From a virus (taxonomy: Duplodnaviria; Heunggongvirae; Uroviricota; Caudoviricetes), in IMG/VR virus record IMGVR_UViG_2681813421_000003: a stretch of DNA of 12,717 nt, one strand, 5' to 3'. Every line of letters starts with the position of its first letter. The first letter of the stretch is position 1. Below, in pieces: positions 1 through 6,240 of this stretch. Below the pieces are notes generated by a model that worked only from the letters and a program-made list of their open reading frames with translations, did not search any database and was not told the origin of the DNA. The translations under genes and the position numbers were made by a program.

Positions 1-123
1 GAGCTGGTGGAGACGCGGGAACGACTGGTGAGAGACGCTGATGATTTTGTCGCAGTGGCGATCGCTGGTTTCAATCAGATGAATCGTGGTGGCCCGGCAG
101 GAAATGCCTTGGTGATGCACTAA
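1..123 (+). CDS. 3' end of an upstream gene (partial, unknown function)
   Basis: Frame 1 is open from the window edge to TAA at 121-123 (…ELVETRERLVRDADDFVAVAIAGFNQMNRGGPAGNALVMH*). Its position directly upstream of the replication initiator suggests a cII/YdaT-position gene, but there is no recognisable motif. Confidence 0.35.
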   Translation, partial: ELVETRERLVRDADDFVAVAIAGFNQMNRGGPAGNALVMH

Positions 124-146
124 AAGCACGGTGTTCGGAGTTTTTT

Positions 147-1094
147 ATGAGCAGCAAGCTTCATGGTCTTGTCTGGGAAGGGTGTGCCTTCACCGGCATG
201 ATCTTATCCAGGGTGGCAGTTATGGCTCGCCTTGCAGATTACAGCAATGACGAAGGTGTGTCATGGCCTGCAGTGGAGACCATTCGTCGTCAGATTGGGG
301 CAAAGAGTGAATCAACGGTTAAAGCTGCGATAGCAGAACTGGAAAAGAACGGCTGGCTGACGAAGGAGGAACGTAAGGTCGGTGGGCGTAATGAAAGCAA
401 TATCTACCGTCTTAATGTGGAAAAACTCGAAGCAGCAGCAGCGGCGGCGCGTGAGGCATATAAACCGAAAAGAAAAATTAGCCAGGCAAAAAATGACCCG
501 TCAAATATTGCCCCCTCAACGGTTAACCCATCAAATTTTGATGGATCAACCGTTGATAAAAAACAGTCGGATAGGGGGGCGATGGTTGGCCCCGATCCGT
601 CAGTATTAAAACCTGATCCGTCAGATAAAAGATCTTTTCGTCCGGAAGCTTCGCAACCGGACATGCAGACGGCTGAACAGGATTTTTTAACCCGACACCC
701 TGACGCGGTTGTGTTCAGTGCGAAAAAACGCCAGTGGGGTAGCCAGGAAGATTTAGCGTGTGCGCAGTGGATCTGGGGGCGAATCGTGAGTCTTTACGAG
801 CAGGCCGCCAGCGATGATGGCGAGATTTCGCGACCGAAAGAACCCAACTGGACCGCATGGGCCAACGACGTGCGCACAATGCGGATGCTGGATGGCAGAA
901 CTCACAGACAAATTTGTGAAATGTTTGGTCGGGTGCAGCGGGATCCATTTTGGGTAAAAAATATCATGAGTCCGTCAAAGCTTCGCGAAAAATGGGATGA
1001 ACTGGTTATCCGCCTGGGGCGTTCGTCTGTACAGCGTTGTGTGAATCATATTTCTGAGCCGGATACCGAAATTCCGCCGGGATTCAGGGGGTGA
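147..1094 (+). CDS. phage replication initiation / primosomal protein (lambda O-like, DnaT-like), N-terminal helix-turn-helix
   Basis: 315-aa ORF with a GGAG Shine-Dalgarno 6 nt upstream. The N-terminus (…VSWPAVETIRRQIGAKSESTVKAAIAELEKNGWL…) is typical of phage replication-initiator HTH domains. It lies immediately upstream of a DnaC-like loader and contains iteron-like repeats internally, as lambda O does. From memory it resembles Rac YdaU. Confidence 0.8.
   Translation: MSSKLHGLVWEGCAFTGMILSRVAVMARLADYSNDEGVSWPAVETIRRQIGAKSESTVKAAIAELEKNGWLTKEERKVGGRNESNIYRLNVEKLEAAAAAAREAYKPKRKISQAKNDPSNIAPSTVNPSNFDGSTVDKKQSDRGAMVGPDPSVLKPDPSDKRSFRPEASQPDMQTAEQDFLTRHPDAVVFSAKKRQWGSQEDLACAQWIWGRIVSLYEQAASDDGEISRPKEPNWTAWANDVRTMRMLDGRTHRQICEMFGRVQRDPFWVKNIMSPSKLREKWDELVIRLGRSSVQRCVNHISEPDTEIPPGFRG
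495..630. repeat. iteron-like direct repeats, putative origin of replication embedded in the initiator gene
   Basis: Four ~16-bp related repeats: gacccgtcaaatattg (495-510), aacccatcaaattttg (525-540), gatccgtcagtattaa (594-609), gatccgtcagataaaa (615-630), plus the palindrome gatcaaccgttgat (544-557). An A/T-richer stretch follows. The arrangement mirrors ori-lambda inside gene O. Confidence 0.5.
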
Positions 1095-1100
1095 CGTGTC

Positions 1101-1847
1101 ATGAAAAACATTGCGGCAGGTGGTGTTCTTGAGCGTATCCGTAAGCTGGCCCCACAGCATGTAATCGCGCCGTACCGGACAGTGGACGAGTGGCGCGAGT
1201 GGCAACTAGCAGAAGGGCGAAAACGTAGCGAGGAAATCAACCGCCAGAATCGCCAGTTGCGGGTGGAAAAAATCCTGAATCGTTCGGGCATCCAGCCTCT
1301 GCACAGCAAATGCTCGTTTGCGAATTATCAGGTGCAGAATGACGGGCAAAAACACGCGCTGAGCCAGGCAAAATCCATCGCTGACGAACTGATGACCGGG
1401 TGCACGAATTTTGTGTTCAGCGGTAAGCCGGGTACCGGAAAGAACCACCTTGCAGCCGCCATTGGTAATCATCTTCTGGCGAAAGGTCGCAGCGTGATTG
1501 TGATAACGGTGGCTGATGTGATGCTGGCGTTACACAACAGCTACGACAACAAAAACTCAGGCGAAAAATTTTTACAGGGGTTGTGTGATGTTGACCTGCT
1601 TGTCCTGGATGAAATCGGAATGCAGCGGGATACGCGCAACGAGCAGGTCACGCTGAACCAGATAGTCGACCGCAGAACGGCTTCGATGCGCAGTGTCGGA
1701 ATGCTGACAAACCTGAACCACGTAGCGATGAGTACGCTTCTTGGTGAGCGTGTAATGGACCGCATGGTCATGAACGGTGGTCGCTGGGTGAATTTTAACT
1801 GGGAGAGCTGGCGTTCGAATGTCAGGCACCTGAGGGTTGTGAAGTAA
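1101..1847 (+). CDS. DnaC-like replicative helicase loader (AAA+ ATPase)
   Basis: 248 aa with a Walker A motif (FSGKPGTGKNHLAAAIG) and Walker B (DLLVLDEIG). It is colinear with E. coli DnaC from MKN… through …LGERVMDRM…NFNWESWRS. From memory it resembles Rac YdaV. Confidence 0.9.
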   Translation: MKNIAAGGVLERIRKLAPQHVIAPYRTVDEWREWQLAEGRKRSEEINRQNRQLRVEKILNRSGIQPLHSKCSFANYQVQNDGQKHALSQAKSIADELMTGCTNFVFSGKPGTGKNHLAAAIGNHLLAKGRSVIVITVADVMLALHNSYDNKNSGEKFLQGLCDVDLLVLDEIGMQRDTRNEQVTLNQIVDRRTASMRSVGMLTNLNHVAMSTLLGERVMDRMVMNGGRWVNFNWESWRSNVRHLRVVK

Positions 1848-1868
1848 TTTTGTCCGGAGGAAATTTTA

Positions 1869-2630
1869 ATGGAAACCGTTTTTGACGCACTGAAAGCAAT
1901 GGGAAAAGCCACATCCATAGAACTTGCTGCGCGACTTGATATCAGTCGTGAAGAAGTGCTGAACGAACTATGGGAACTGAAAAAGGCTGGTTTCGTTGAT
2001 AAAAGCGCGTACACCTGGCGTGTGGCTGATAACAACGTTCAGCAGGAACAGCCAGCGCAGGCAGAACTGCCGGAAGAAACCTCCACGGCGACAGTAGCGA
2101 AAATCTCAGAGTGCGATTTAACCGCGACGATTGAACAACACGGACCACAAACGGCTGATGAGCTGGCTACATTGTTTGGTACCACATCACGCAAAGTGGC
2201 TTCAACGCTGGCAATGGCAATCAGCAAAGGACGCCTGATTCGTGCAAATCAGGACGGTAAATTTCGTTACTGCATGCCGGGCGATAATTTACCAGCAGAG
2301 CCGAAAGCAGCATCGGTAGCGGAAACTGATGGTAAAGCCTTTCCTCAGCCTGCATGTGTTGCGTTACCAGTACAGGAGGCTGCAACACAGGAAGATATTA
2401 AAACAGAAACTGTGGCGGACATTGTGCAGTCGCTGCCATCGTTTACTGAAACGCGAGCGGATGACCTGGTTTTACCATCGCTGCATATGGCAAACCGCGA
2501 ACTGCGTCGGGCGAAAAGTCATGCCCAGAAGTGGGAACGAGTCTGCGCCGCGCTGCGGGAGCTGAACAAGCACCGGGATATTGTTCGACATATTTTCGAT
2601 TCCTCCAGTCATATTGTGTCGGAAAAGTGA
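1869..2630 (+). CDS. hypothetical phage protein with N-terminal winged-helix-like domain (YdaW-position gene)
   Basis: 253-aa ORF with GGAGG 8 nt upstream. The N-terminal ~45 aa (…[29 protein letters not shown]) look like a wHTH; the rest is acidic and low-complexity. No function can be assigned from sequence. Confidence 0.65.
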   Translation: METVFDALKAMGKATSIELAARLDISREEVLNELWELKKAGFVDKSAYTWRVADNNVQQEQPAQAELPEETSTATVAKISECDLTATIEQHGPQTADELATLFGTTSRKVASTLAMAISKGRLIRANQDGKFRYCMPGDNLPAEPKAASVAETDGKAFPQPACVALPVQEAATQEDIKTETVADIVQSLPSFTETRADDLVLPSLHMANRELRRAKSHAQKWERVCAALRELNKHRDIVRHIFDSSSHIVSEK

Positions 2631-2646
2631 TTCCTGGGGAGGGCTT

Positions 2647-3069
2647 ATGGCAAAAGTTTTTACACAAGAAGAGCGAGAAAAAATTAAAGGGCAGGTTGTT
2701 GAACTCGTACGCCAGAGTGGGCGTGAGACGTTACGGCAACTGGAAGTCAAGACAGGTGCGACAAGATATCTGATGAGCGTTCTCGCAAGAGAGCTGGTTG
2801 CCAGCGGCGATGTATACAACTCTGGTTACGGGTTATTCCCGTCTGAACAGGCGCGTAAGGACTGGCAAAATGCCCGTAAAAAACTATCAAGGGCAAAGGT
2901 GAAGAAACCGGTTGTGGTTGATCCTGACCTTATCTGGTCATTACCCGACGGAGAAATACGTCGTTACGACAGGCGTCTGAACATAATCTGTCGCGAGTGC
3001 CGGAAGAGTGAGGTTATGCAGCGAGTGCTGGCGTTTTATCAGGGTAATTTTCAGGAGGTGATGGCGTGA
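2647..3069 (+). CDS. hypothetical nin-region-like protein
   Basis: The tracked ORF 2581-3069 was trimmed to the ATG at 2647, which has GGGGAGGG 4 nt upstream. 140 aa, basic, with a C-terminal ICRECRK motif. Its stop overlaps the next gene's start (GTGA). Confidence 0.55.
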   Translation: MAKVFTQEEREKIKGQVVELVRQSGRETLRQLEVKTGATRYLMSVLARELVASGDVYNSGYGLFPSEQARKDWQNARKKLSRAKVKKPVVVDPDLIWSLPDGEIRRYDRRLNIICRECRKSEVMQRVLAFYQGNFQEVMA

Positions 3070-3479
3070 GGGTGAGGGTTTATATCGCTGGTCCGATGAC
3101 CGGGTATAAAAATTTCAACCGTGAGGCGTTCCACAAGGCGGAAGAGGAACTGAAACGGGAAGGGCATACAGTCTTGAACCCGGCAGTACTTCCGGACGGG
3201 CTGACACAGCCACACTACATGGATATCTGCATGGCGATGATTCGTTGCGTGGATGCGATTTACATGCTGCAAGGCTGGCAGCGGTCAGCAGGCGCTAAAG
3301 CGGAACTGGCTCTGGCGGAGAAGCTAGGGCATGTGGTTGTTTTTCAGAGGGGGCGATATGCCGATTCTCTGGTTTCAGGAGGTGTGGGAAAAAGAAATGT
3401 GGGAAGGTCTTGTGATTGTGGCCGAAACAGTTCTTTTATTATGGTCTGTGATTGCGTGTATTTTTATGATTTATTGTGA
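3066..3479 (+). CDS. DUF4406-like / nucleoside 2-deoxyribosyltransferase-like protein
   Basis: GTG start with AGGAGG 8 nt upstream. The N-terminal ~95 aa (VYIAGPMTGYKNFNREAFHKAEEELKREGHTVLNPAVLP…GWQRSAGAKAELALAEKLGHVV) match the family. The reading frame then runs ~40 aa further than expected for this family. Confidence 0.6.
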   Translation: MRVRVYIAGPMTGYKNFNREAFHKAEEELKREGHTVLNPAVLPDGLTQPHYMDICMAMIRCVDAIYMLQGWQRSAGAKAELALAEKLGHVVVFQRGRYADSLVSGGVGKRNVGRSCDCGRNSSFIMVCDCVYFYDLL

Positions 3480-3483
3480 ATGA
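3358..3483 (+). CDS. putative small hydrophobic peptide (41 aa), unannotated short ORF
   Basis: ATG at 3358 with AGAGGGGG 4 nt upstream. Encodes MPILWFQEVWEKEMWEGLVIVAETVLLLWSVIACIFMIYCE, with one predicted transmembrane segment. It overlaps the 3' tail of the DUF4406 ORF in another frame. Below the 60-aa cut-off of the ORF track. Confidence 0.25.
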   Translation: MPILWFQEVWEKEMWEGLVIVAETVLLLWSVIACIFMIYCE

Positions 3484-3510
3484 TGTGAATCTCGCGGTGG
3501 CCACTGAATT

Positions 3511-3553
3511 GCAACCATTACCCCCTGTGATGTAATTGTGGGGTAATGGTTGC
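3511..3553. repeat. perfect 14-bp inverted repeat with 15-nt spacer (hairpin or protein-binding site)
   Basis: gcaaccattacccc (3511-3524) pairs with ggggtaatggttgc (3540-3553). No T-run follows, so it is not a canonical intrinsic terminator. It sits in the intergenic gap upstream of the 3587 gene. Confidence 0.6.
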
Positions 3554-3586
3554 GCAGGCATAGCGACAGGACTGGATGAGAAAAAT

Positions 3587-4009
3587 ATGACGAAATTTAC
3601 CAGAGAGCAATTGATTGCTCATGCTAATGAAAGTGTGAAATCCATGAAATTTGCTGCGCGACAGACCGTGTTTAAGACTTCAAGAGTTGCCATTGAAATG
3701 GATCTTGCGCTTGCCCGTATTGCGCTTGCCTCACTTGAAGCAATGCCAGTTGCATGGTCCTGTGCTCACAATATGGTTTTGTTCAATGCTGAATCTGTTG
3801 CGGCATACGCAAAACACTCAGCCATTGCGCCAAAACCCCTGTACGCTGCGCAACCGGCATCACTTTCACATGAGGAAGAGTTGACAATGCTGGTTAAACA
3901 ATTGGTAAGTCAGTTGAAAAAAGCGAAACCAGATTGCAAATTACCGGATATGGCGATGGGGTATCTGGAGCGGAATGGGCTGATAAGCGCGGAGGATGTT
4001 TTACGATGA
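3587..4009 (+). CDS. hypothetical phage protein
   Basis: The tracked ORF 3536-4009 was trimmed to the ATG at 3587 (MTKFTREQLIAHANE…), because the 3536 start lies inside the inverted repeat. 140 aa, with no recognisable motif. Confidence 0.5.
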   Translation: MTKFTREQLIAHANESVKSMKFAARQTVFKTSRVAIEMDLALARIALASLEAMPVAWSCAHNMVLFNAESVAAYAKHSAIAPKPLYAAQPASLSHEEELTMLVKQLVSQLKKAKPDCKLPDMAMGYLERNGLISAEDVLR

Positions 4010-4089
4010 CCTGGCCGGAGGCATTCACAACGACAGGAATTGCAATGGCGGCAGCACTTGTTGTGTATTCGATTTGCCGCTGGGGATAA
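4006..4089 (+). CDS. putative small hydrophobic peptide (27 aa), translationally coupled
   Basis: ATGA stop/start overlap with the upstream gene. Encodes MTWPEAFTTTGIAMAAALVVYSICRWG. Below the ORF-track cut-off; there is no homology evidence. Confidence 0.2.
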   Translation: MTWPEAFTTTGIAMAAALVVYSICRWG

Positions 4090-4096
4090 AAACGGT

Positions 4097-4124
4097 TTGC
4101 AGTGAAAGGGGAGTTAAGTAGAAT
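4097..4124 (+). promoter_or_regulatory. putative sigma70 promoter of the hok transcript
   Basis: TTGCAG (4097-4102), a 16-nt spacer, then TAGAAT (4119-4124). The predicted start near 4131 places the 5' end exactly at the segment that is complementary to the 3' end of the locus. Confidence 0.4.
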
Positions 4125-4300
4125 TGCTGCGGGTGCTTGAGGCTATCTGCCTCAGGCATGAACACCAAAAGGCAGATAGAGAAAAGCCCCAGTTAACATT
4201 ACGCGTCCTGCAAGACGCTTAACATTAATCTGAGGCTCAATCTATGTCTCACAAATGTAGGTTAGCCTCTTACGTGCCGAAAGGCAAGGAGAAGCAGGCT

Positions 4301-4456
4301 ATGAAGCAGCAAAAGGCGATGTTAATCGCCCTTATCGTCATCTGTTTAACCGTCATAGTGACGGCACTGGTAACGAGGAAAGACCTCTGCGAGGTACGAA
4401 TCCGAACCGGCCAGACGGAGGTCGCTGTCTTCACAGCTTACGAACCTGAGGAGTAA
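4301..4456 (+). CDS. hok: Hok/Gef-family type I toxin (small membrane-depolarising peptide)
   Basis: 51 aa, MKQQKAMLIALIVICLTVIVTALVTRKDLCEVRIRTGQTEVAVFTAYEPEE, with the hallmark transmembrane helix followed by the conserved Cys and the RTG motif. It matches HokD/RelF-type peptides from memory. AAGGAG lies 9 nt upstream. An in-frame upstream ATG at 4244, with a GAGG Shine-Dalgarno, would give a 70-aa mok-like extended product. Confidence 0.85.
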   Translation: MKQQKAMLIALIVICLTVIVTALVTRKDLCEVRIRTGQTEVAVFTAYEPEE

Positions 4457-4463
4457 GAGACCA

Positions 4464-4485
4464 GGCGAGGGAGAAATCCCTCGCC
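4464..4485 (+). other. stable stem-loop with GAAA tetraloop in the hok 3' UTR
   Basis: ggcgaggga (4464-4472), loop gaaa, tccctcgcc (4477-4485): a 9-bp stem directly after the hok stop codon. Confidence 0.6.
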
Positions 4486-4524
4486 ACCTCTGATGTGTCA
4501 GGCATCCTCAACGCACCCGCACTT

Positions 4525-4546
4525 AACCCGCTTCGGCGGGTTTTTC
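4525..4546 (+). terminator. intrinsic terminator (hok 3' end); first copy of a duplicated 20-mer
   Basis: Stem cccgc / gcggg with a ttcg loop (4527-4540), followed by TTTTT. The 20-mer aacccgcttcggcgggtttt (4525-4544) recurs identically at 5372-5391. Confidence 0.7.
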
Positions 4547-4671
4547 GTCGCATAATGAGGTTGTAATTTTAGCTACCATTAGACTATCCTAAGGATCTCA
4601 AACAGATCTATTTTGCATCAAATTTGGTGCATGGCTTTGCCAATAATCGGAAAACAAAAGGACTCATTAGT

Positions 4672-4851
4672 ATGAGCTGCCCACTCAAAAAACACACGCG
4701 GTTGAGTATTCCGCCTCGCGATAAAAGCGTTGTGGCAGTCCCTCGCCCAGCGATTGATGAAAACTGCGCACATCGTGAACAAGTGAAAAATGCTTTTGAT
4801 TTCGGTTTTTCTCGTTATGAGAAAGCCATGGAAGAACTTTCAAAAGTGTAA
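4672..4851 (+). CDS. putative antitoxin partner of the Doc-family toxin (unclassified small protein)
   Basis: 59 aa, from the ATG at 4672 with AAAGGA 9 nt upstream; the tracked ORF begins at 4624 but has no Shine-Dalgarno. It ends 18 nt before the Doc-family gene. Not obviously Phd/YefM-like, so the call rests on position only. Confidence 0.45.
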   Translation: MSCPLKKHTRLSIPPRDKSVVAVPRPAIDENCAHREQVKNAFDFGFSRYEKAMEELSKV

Positions 4852-4869
4852 TGATGGGTATTGTGCTCT

Positions 4870-5355
4870 ATGGCTGAGATTGTTGAAGGAGTGCATTACC
4901 TTACGGTTGATGATCTTGTTGAAATCAATCGTTCCCTAATTGAATTACAGACGCCAGATGAGCCCGTTGGTGTTCTGAGTCCAGATAACTTAAGTTCTTC
5001 TCAGGCCCGTCCCAGCATGGTTCGATGGTATGAACAGACTAATGACATGTTTGTACTGGCATCGGTATTGATTGAAAGTCTGATTCAGAATCATCCGTTT
5101 GCTAATGCGAACAAACGAACAGCTATGATGGCTGGTTACGTCTTCTTGTTGTTGAATGGCTATGAGTTAACAGCACCAGGCGATGAAATCGTGGAAATGG
5201 CAGAGGGACTGGCCTGCAAAACCTATACTCGAGAAGATCTCGAGAACTGGTTGTGTTATTGGTCTCGCGCGTATGACAGCCGGGAATTATGTAAAACAGG
5301 CGCAACTATTGTTTTGTATGAAACTATCAAGCTTAAAATAGAACAGCAAAACTAA
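4870..5355 (+). CDS. Doc/Fic-family (death-on-curing) toxin
   Basis: 161 aa containing HPFANANKRTA, which fits the Doc-type motif HxFx(D/N)(A/G)NKR. Overall size and layout are typical of Doc toxins. Confidence 0.8.
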   Translation: MAEIVEGVHYLTVDDLVEINRSLIELQTPDEPVGVLSPDNLSSSQARPSMVRWYEQTNDMFVLASVLIESLIQNHPFANANKRTAMMAGYVFLLLNGYELTAPGDEIVEMAEGLACKTYTREDLENWLCYWSRAYDSRELCKTGATIVLYETIKLKIEQQN

Positions 5356-5371
5356 AGGTGCTTCCAATGAA

Positions 5372-5398
5372 AACCCGCTTCGGCGGGTTTTGTTTTTT
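5372..5398 (+). terminator. intrinsic terminator after the Doc gene; second copy of the duplicated 20-mer
   Basis: Stem cccgc / gcggg with a ttcg loop (5374-5387), followed by ttttgtttttt. Identical 20-mer to 4525-4544. Confidence 0.7.
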
Positions 5399-5470
5399 CC
5401 TGGCATTCTGGTTTACAATTCGCACGCCAGCCTGAACAACTGGCACCTGCTGCGCCAGCAGAGACAACCG

Positions 5471-5743
5471 ATGGCGCACAAAAACAAATTTCACAATTCT
5501 GATACCGACCTTGCCATCCGGCACGGGCGGCGTTCACACGCATTTAAAACCGACTGGTACCAACACCCACCATGTACTGAAGAACAGGCCGAATGGCTAA
5601 TTCATAACTACCGCAGGCGCGGATACGAGGTTAAGAAAGCCCTCAGCCTCGATTATCGTCACTGGATAATCTATGTCAGGCTCCCTTATTCCGAACGCCC
5701 ACCGCGTCCGTCCCGCACATTCCAGCAACGCATCTGGAGGTAA
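5471..5743 (+). CDS. hypothetical basic protein (orphan ORF at a deletion junction)
   Basis: The tracked ORF 5390-5743 begins inside the terminator, so the first plausible start is the ATG at 5471 (MAHKNKFHNSD…), giving 90 aa. Weak Shine-Dalgarno and no recognisable domain. Confidence 0.35.
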   Translation: MAHKNKFHNSDTDLAIRHGRRSHAFKTDWYQHPPCTEEQAEWLIHNYRRRGYEVKKALSLDYRHWIIYVRLPYSERPPRPSRTFQQRIWR

Positions 5744-5748
5744 CGTGC

Positions 5749-6183
5749 GGGTATTACTTCGACCTGTTCCGGTATCCCAACGGCACTGTTGATGTTTTCC
5801 GTGGCTGGCTGAGCTCACTGGGTAAAACCATTGCCTCAAAAGACGTGATGACCCGCACTGTGAAAATCAGCGGTGTGGGGCGTCCACATCTGGCAGAGGA
5901 AGGCACTGAAACCGTGAGCGTTACCGGGCTGACAGTAGCACCGGCATCTGCCAGTGTAAGAGTGGGAGCAACCACCACGCTGACCTTTACAGTAAAACCT
6001 GACGAAGCCAGTGACAAAGCGATCAGTGTGCATTCGACAGATCCACAGACTGCCACGGTGACCCTGAACGGGCTTGTGGCCACGGTGAAAGGCGTGAAGC
6101 AGGGCAGTGTCAGTATTGTGGGCATGACTTCTGACGGCGATTTTGTGGCAGTGGCTACGGTGGCTGTCAGCGCCGCAGGTTAA
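5749..6183 (+). pseudogene. V: major tail protein V, N-terminally truncated remnant (C-terminal Ig-like/Big_2 part retained)
   Basis: Frame 1 translation …[38 protein letters not shown]… is colinear with lambda gpV (…[39 protein letters not shown]…) through to the C-terminal Ig-like domain. There is no start codon or N-terminal domain; the frame is open from 5635 but similarity begins only around 5750. Confidence 0.7.
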
Positions 6184-6203
6184 CAGGACGATACTCATCA
6201 TTT

Positions 6204-6228
6204 GCCCCGGTTATCCGGGGCTTTTTTG
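6204..6228 (+). terminator. hairpin + T-run between V remnant and G
   Basis: gccccgg ttat ccggggc followed by TTTTTT (6222-6227). Confidence 0.5.
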
Positions 6229-6240
6229 CAGGTGGAGAAC

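Noticed and set aside
382-664. 75-aa + strand and 86-aa minus-strand ORFs inside the replication initiator gene
   Set aside because: They are embedded in the iteron/linker region of a longer, better-supported ORF. The repeats create spurious open frames.
1541-2035. 164-aa minus-strand ORF spanning the DnaC-like gene 3' end and the next gene's start
   Set aside because: It is antisense to two co-directional genes that have proper Shine-Dalgarno sequences. It is Ser-rich low complexity with no upstream signals.
3536-3586. The tracked start at 3536 for the 3587 gene
   Set aside because: That ATG lies inside the right arm of the 14-bp inverted repeat and has no Shine-Dalgarno. The 3587 ATG was preferred, though it too has only weak signals.
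4244-4300. A separate mok gene in a different frame from hok
   Set aside because: No overlapping alternative-frame ORF of suitable length exists. The only upstream open frame is in-frame with hok, so it is reported as a possible N-terminal extension instead.
5845-6183. A stand-alone 112-aa Ig-like (Big_2) protein starting at the first ATG
   Set aside because: Similarity to tail protein V continues upstream of this ATG in the same frame, to about 5750. It is more parsimonious that this is the C-terminal part of a truncated V gene than an independent gene.
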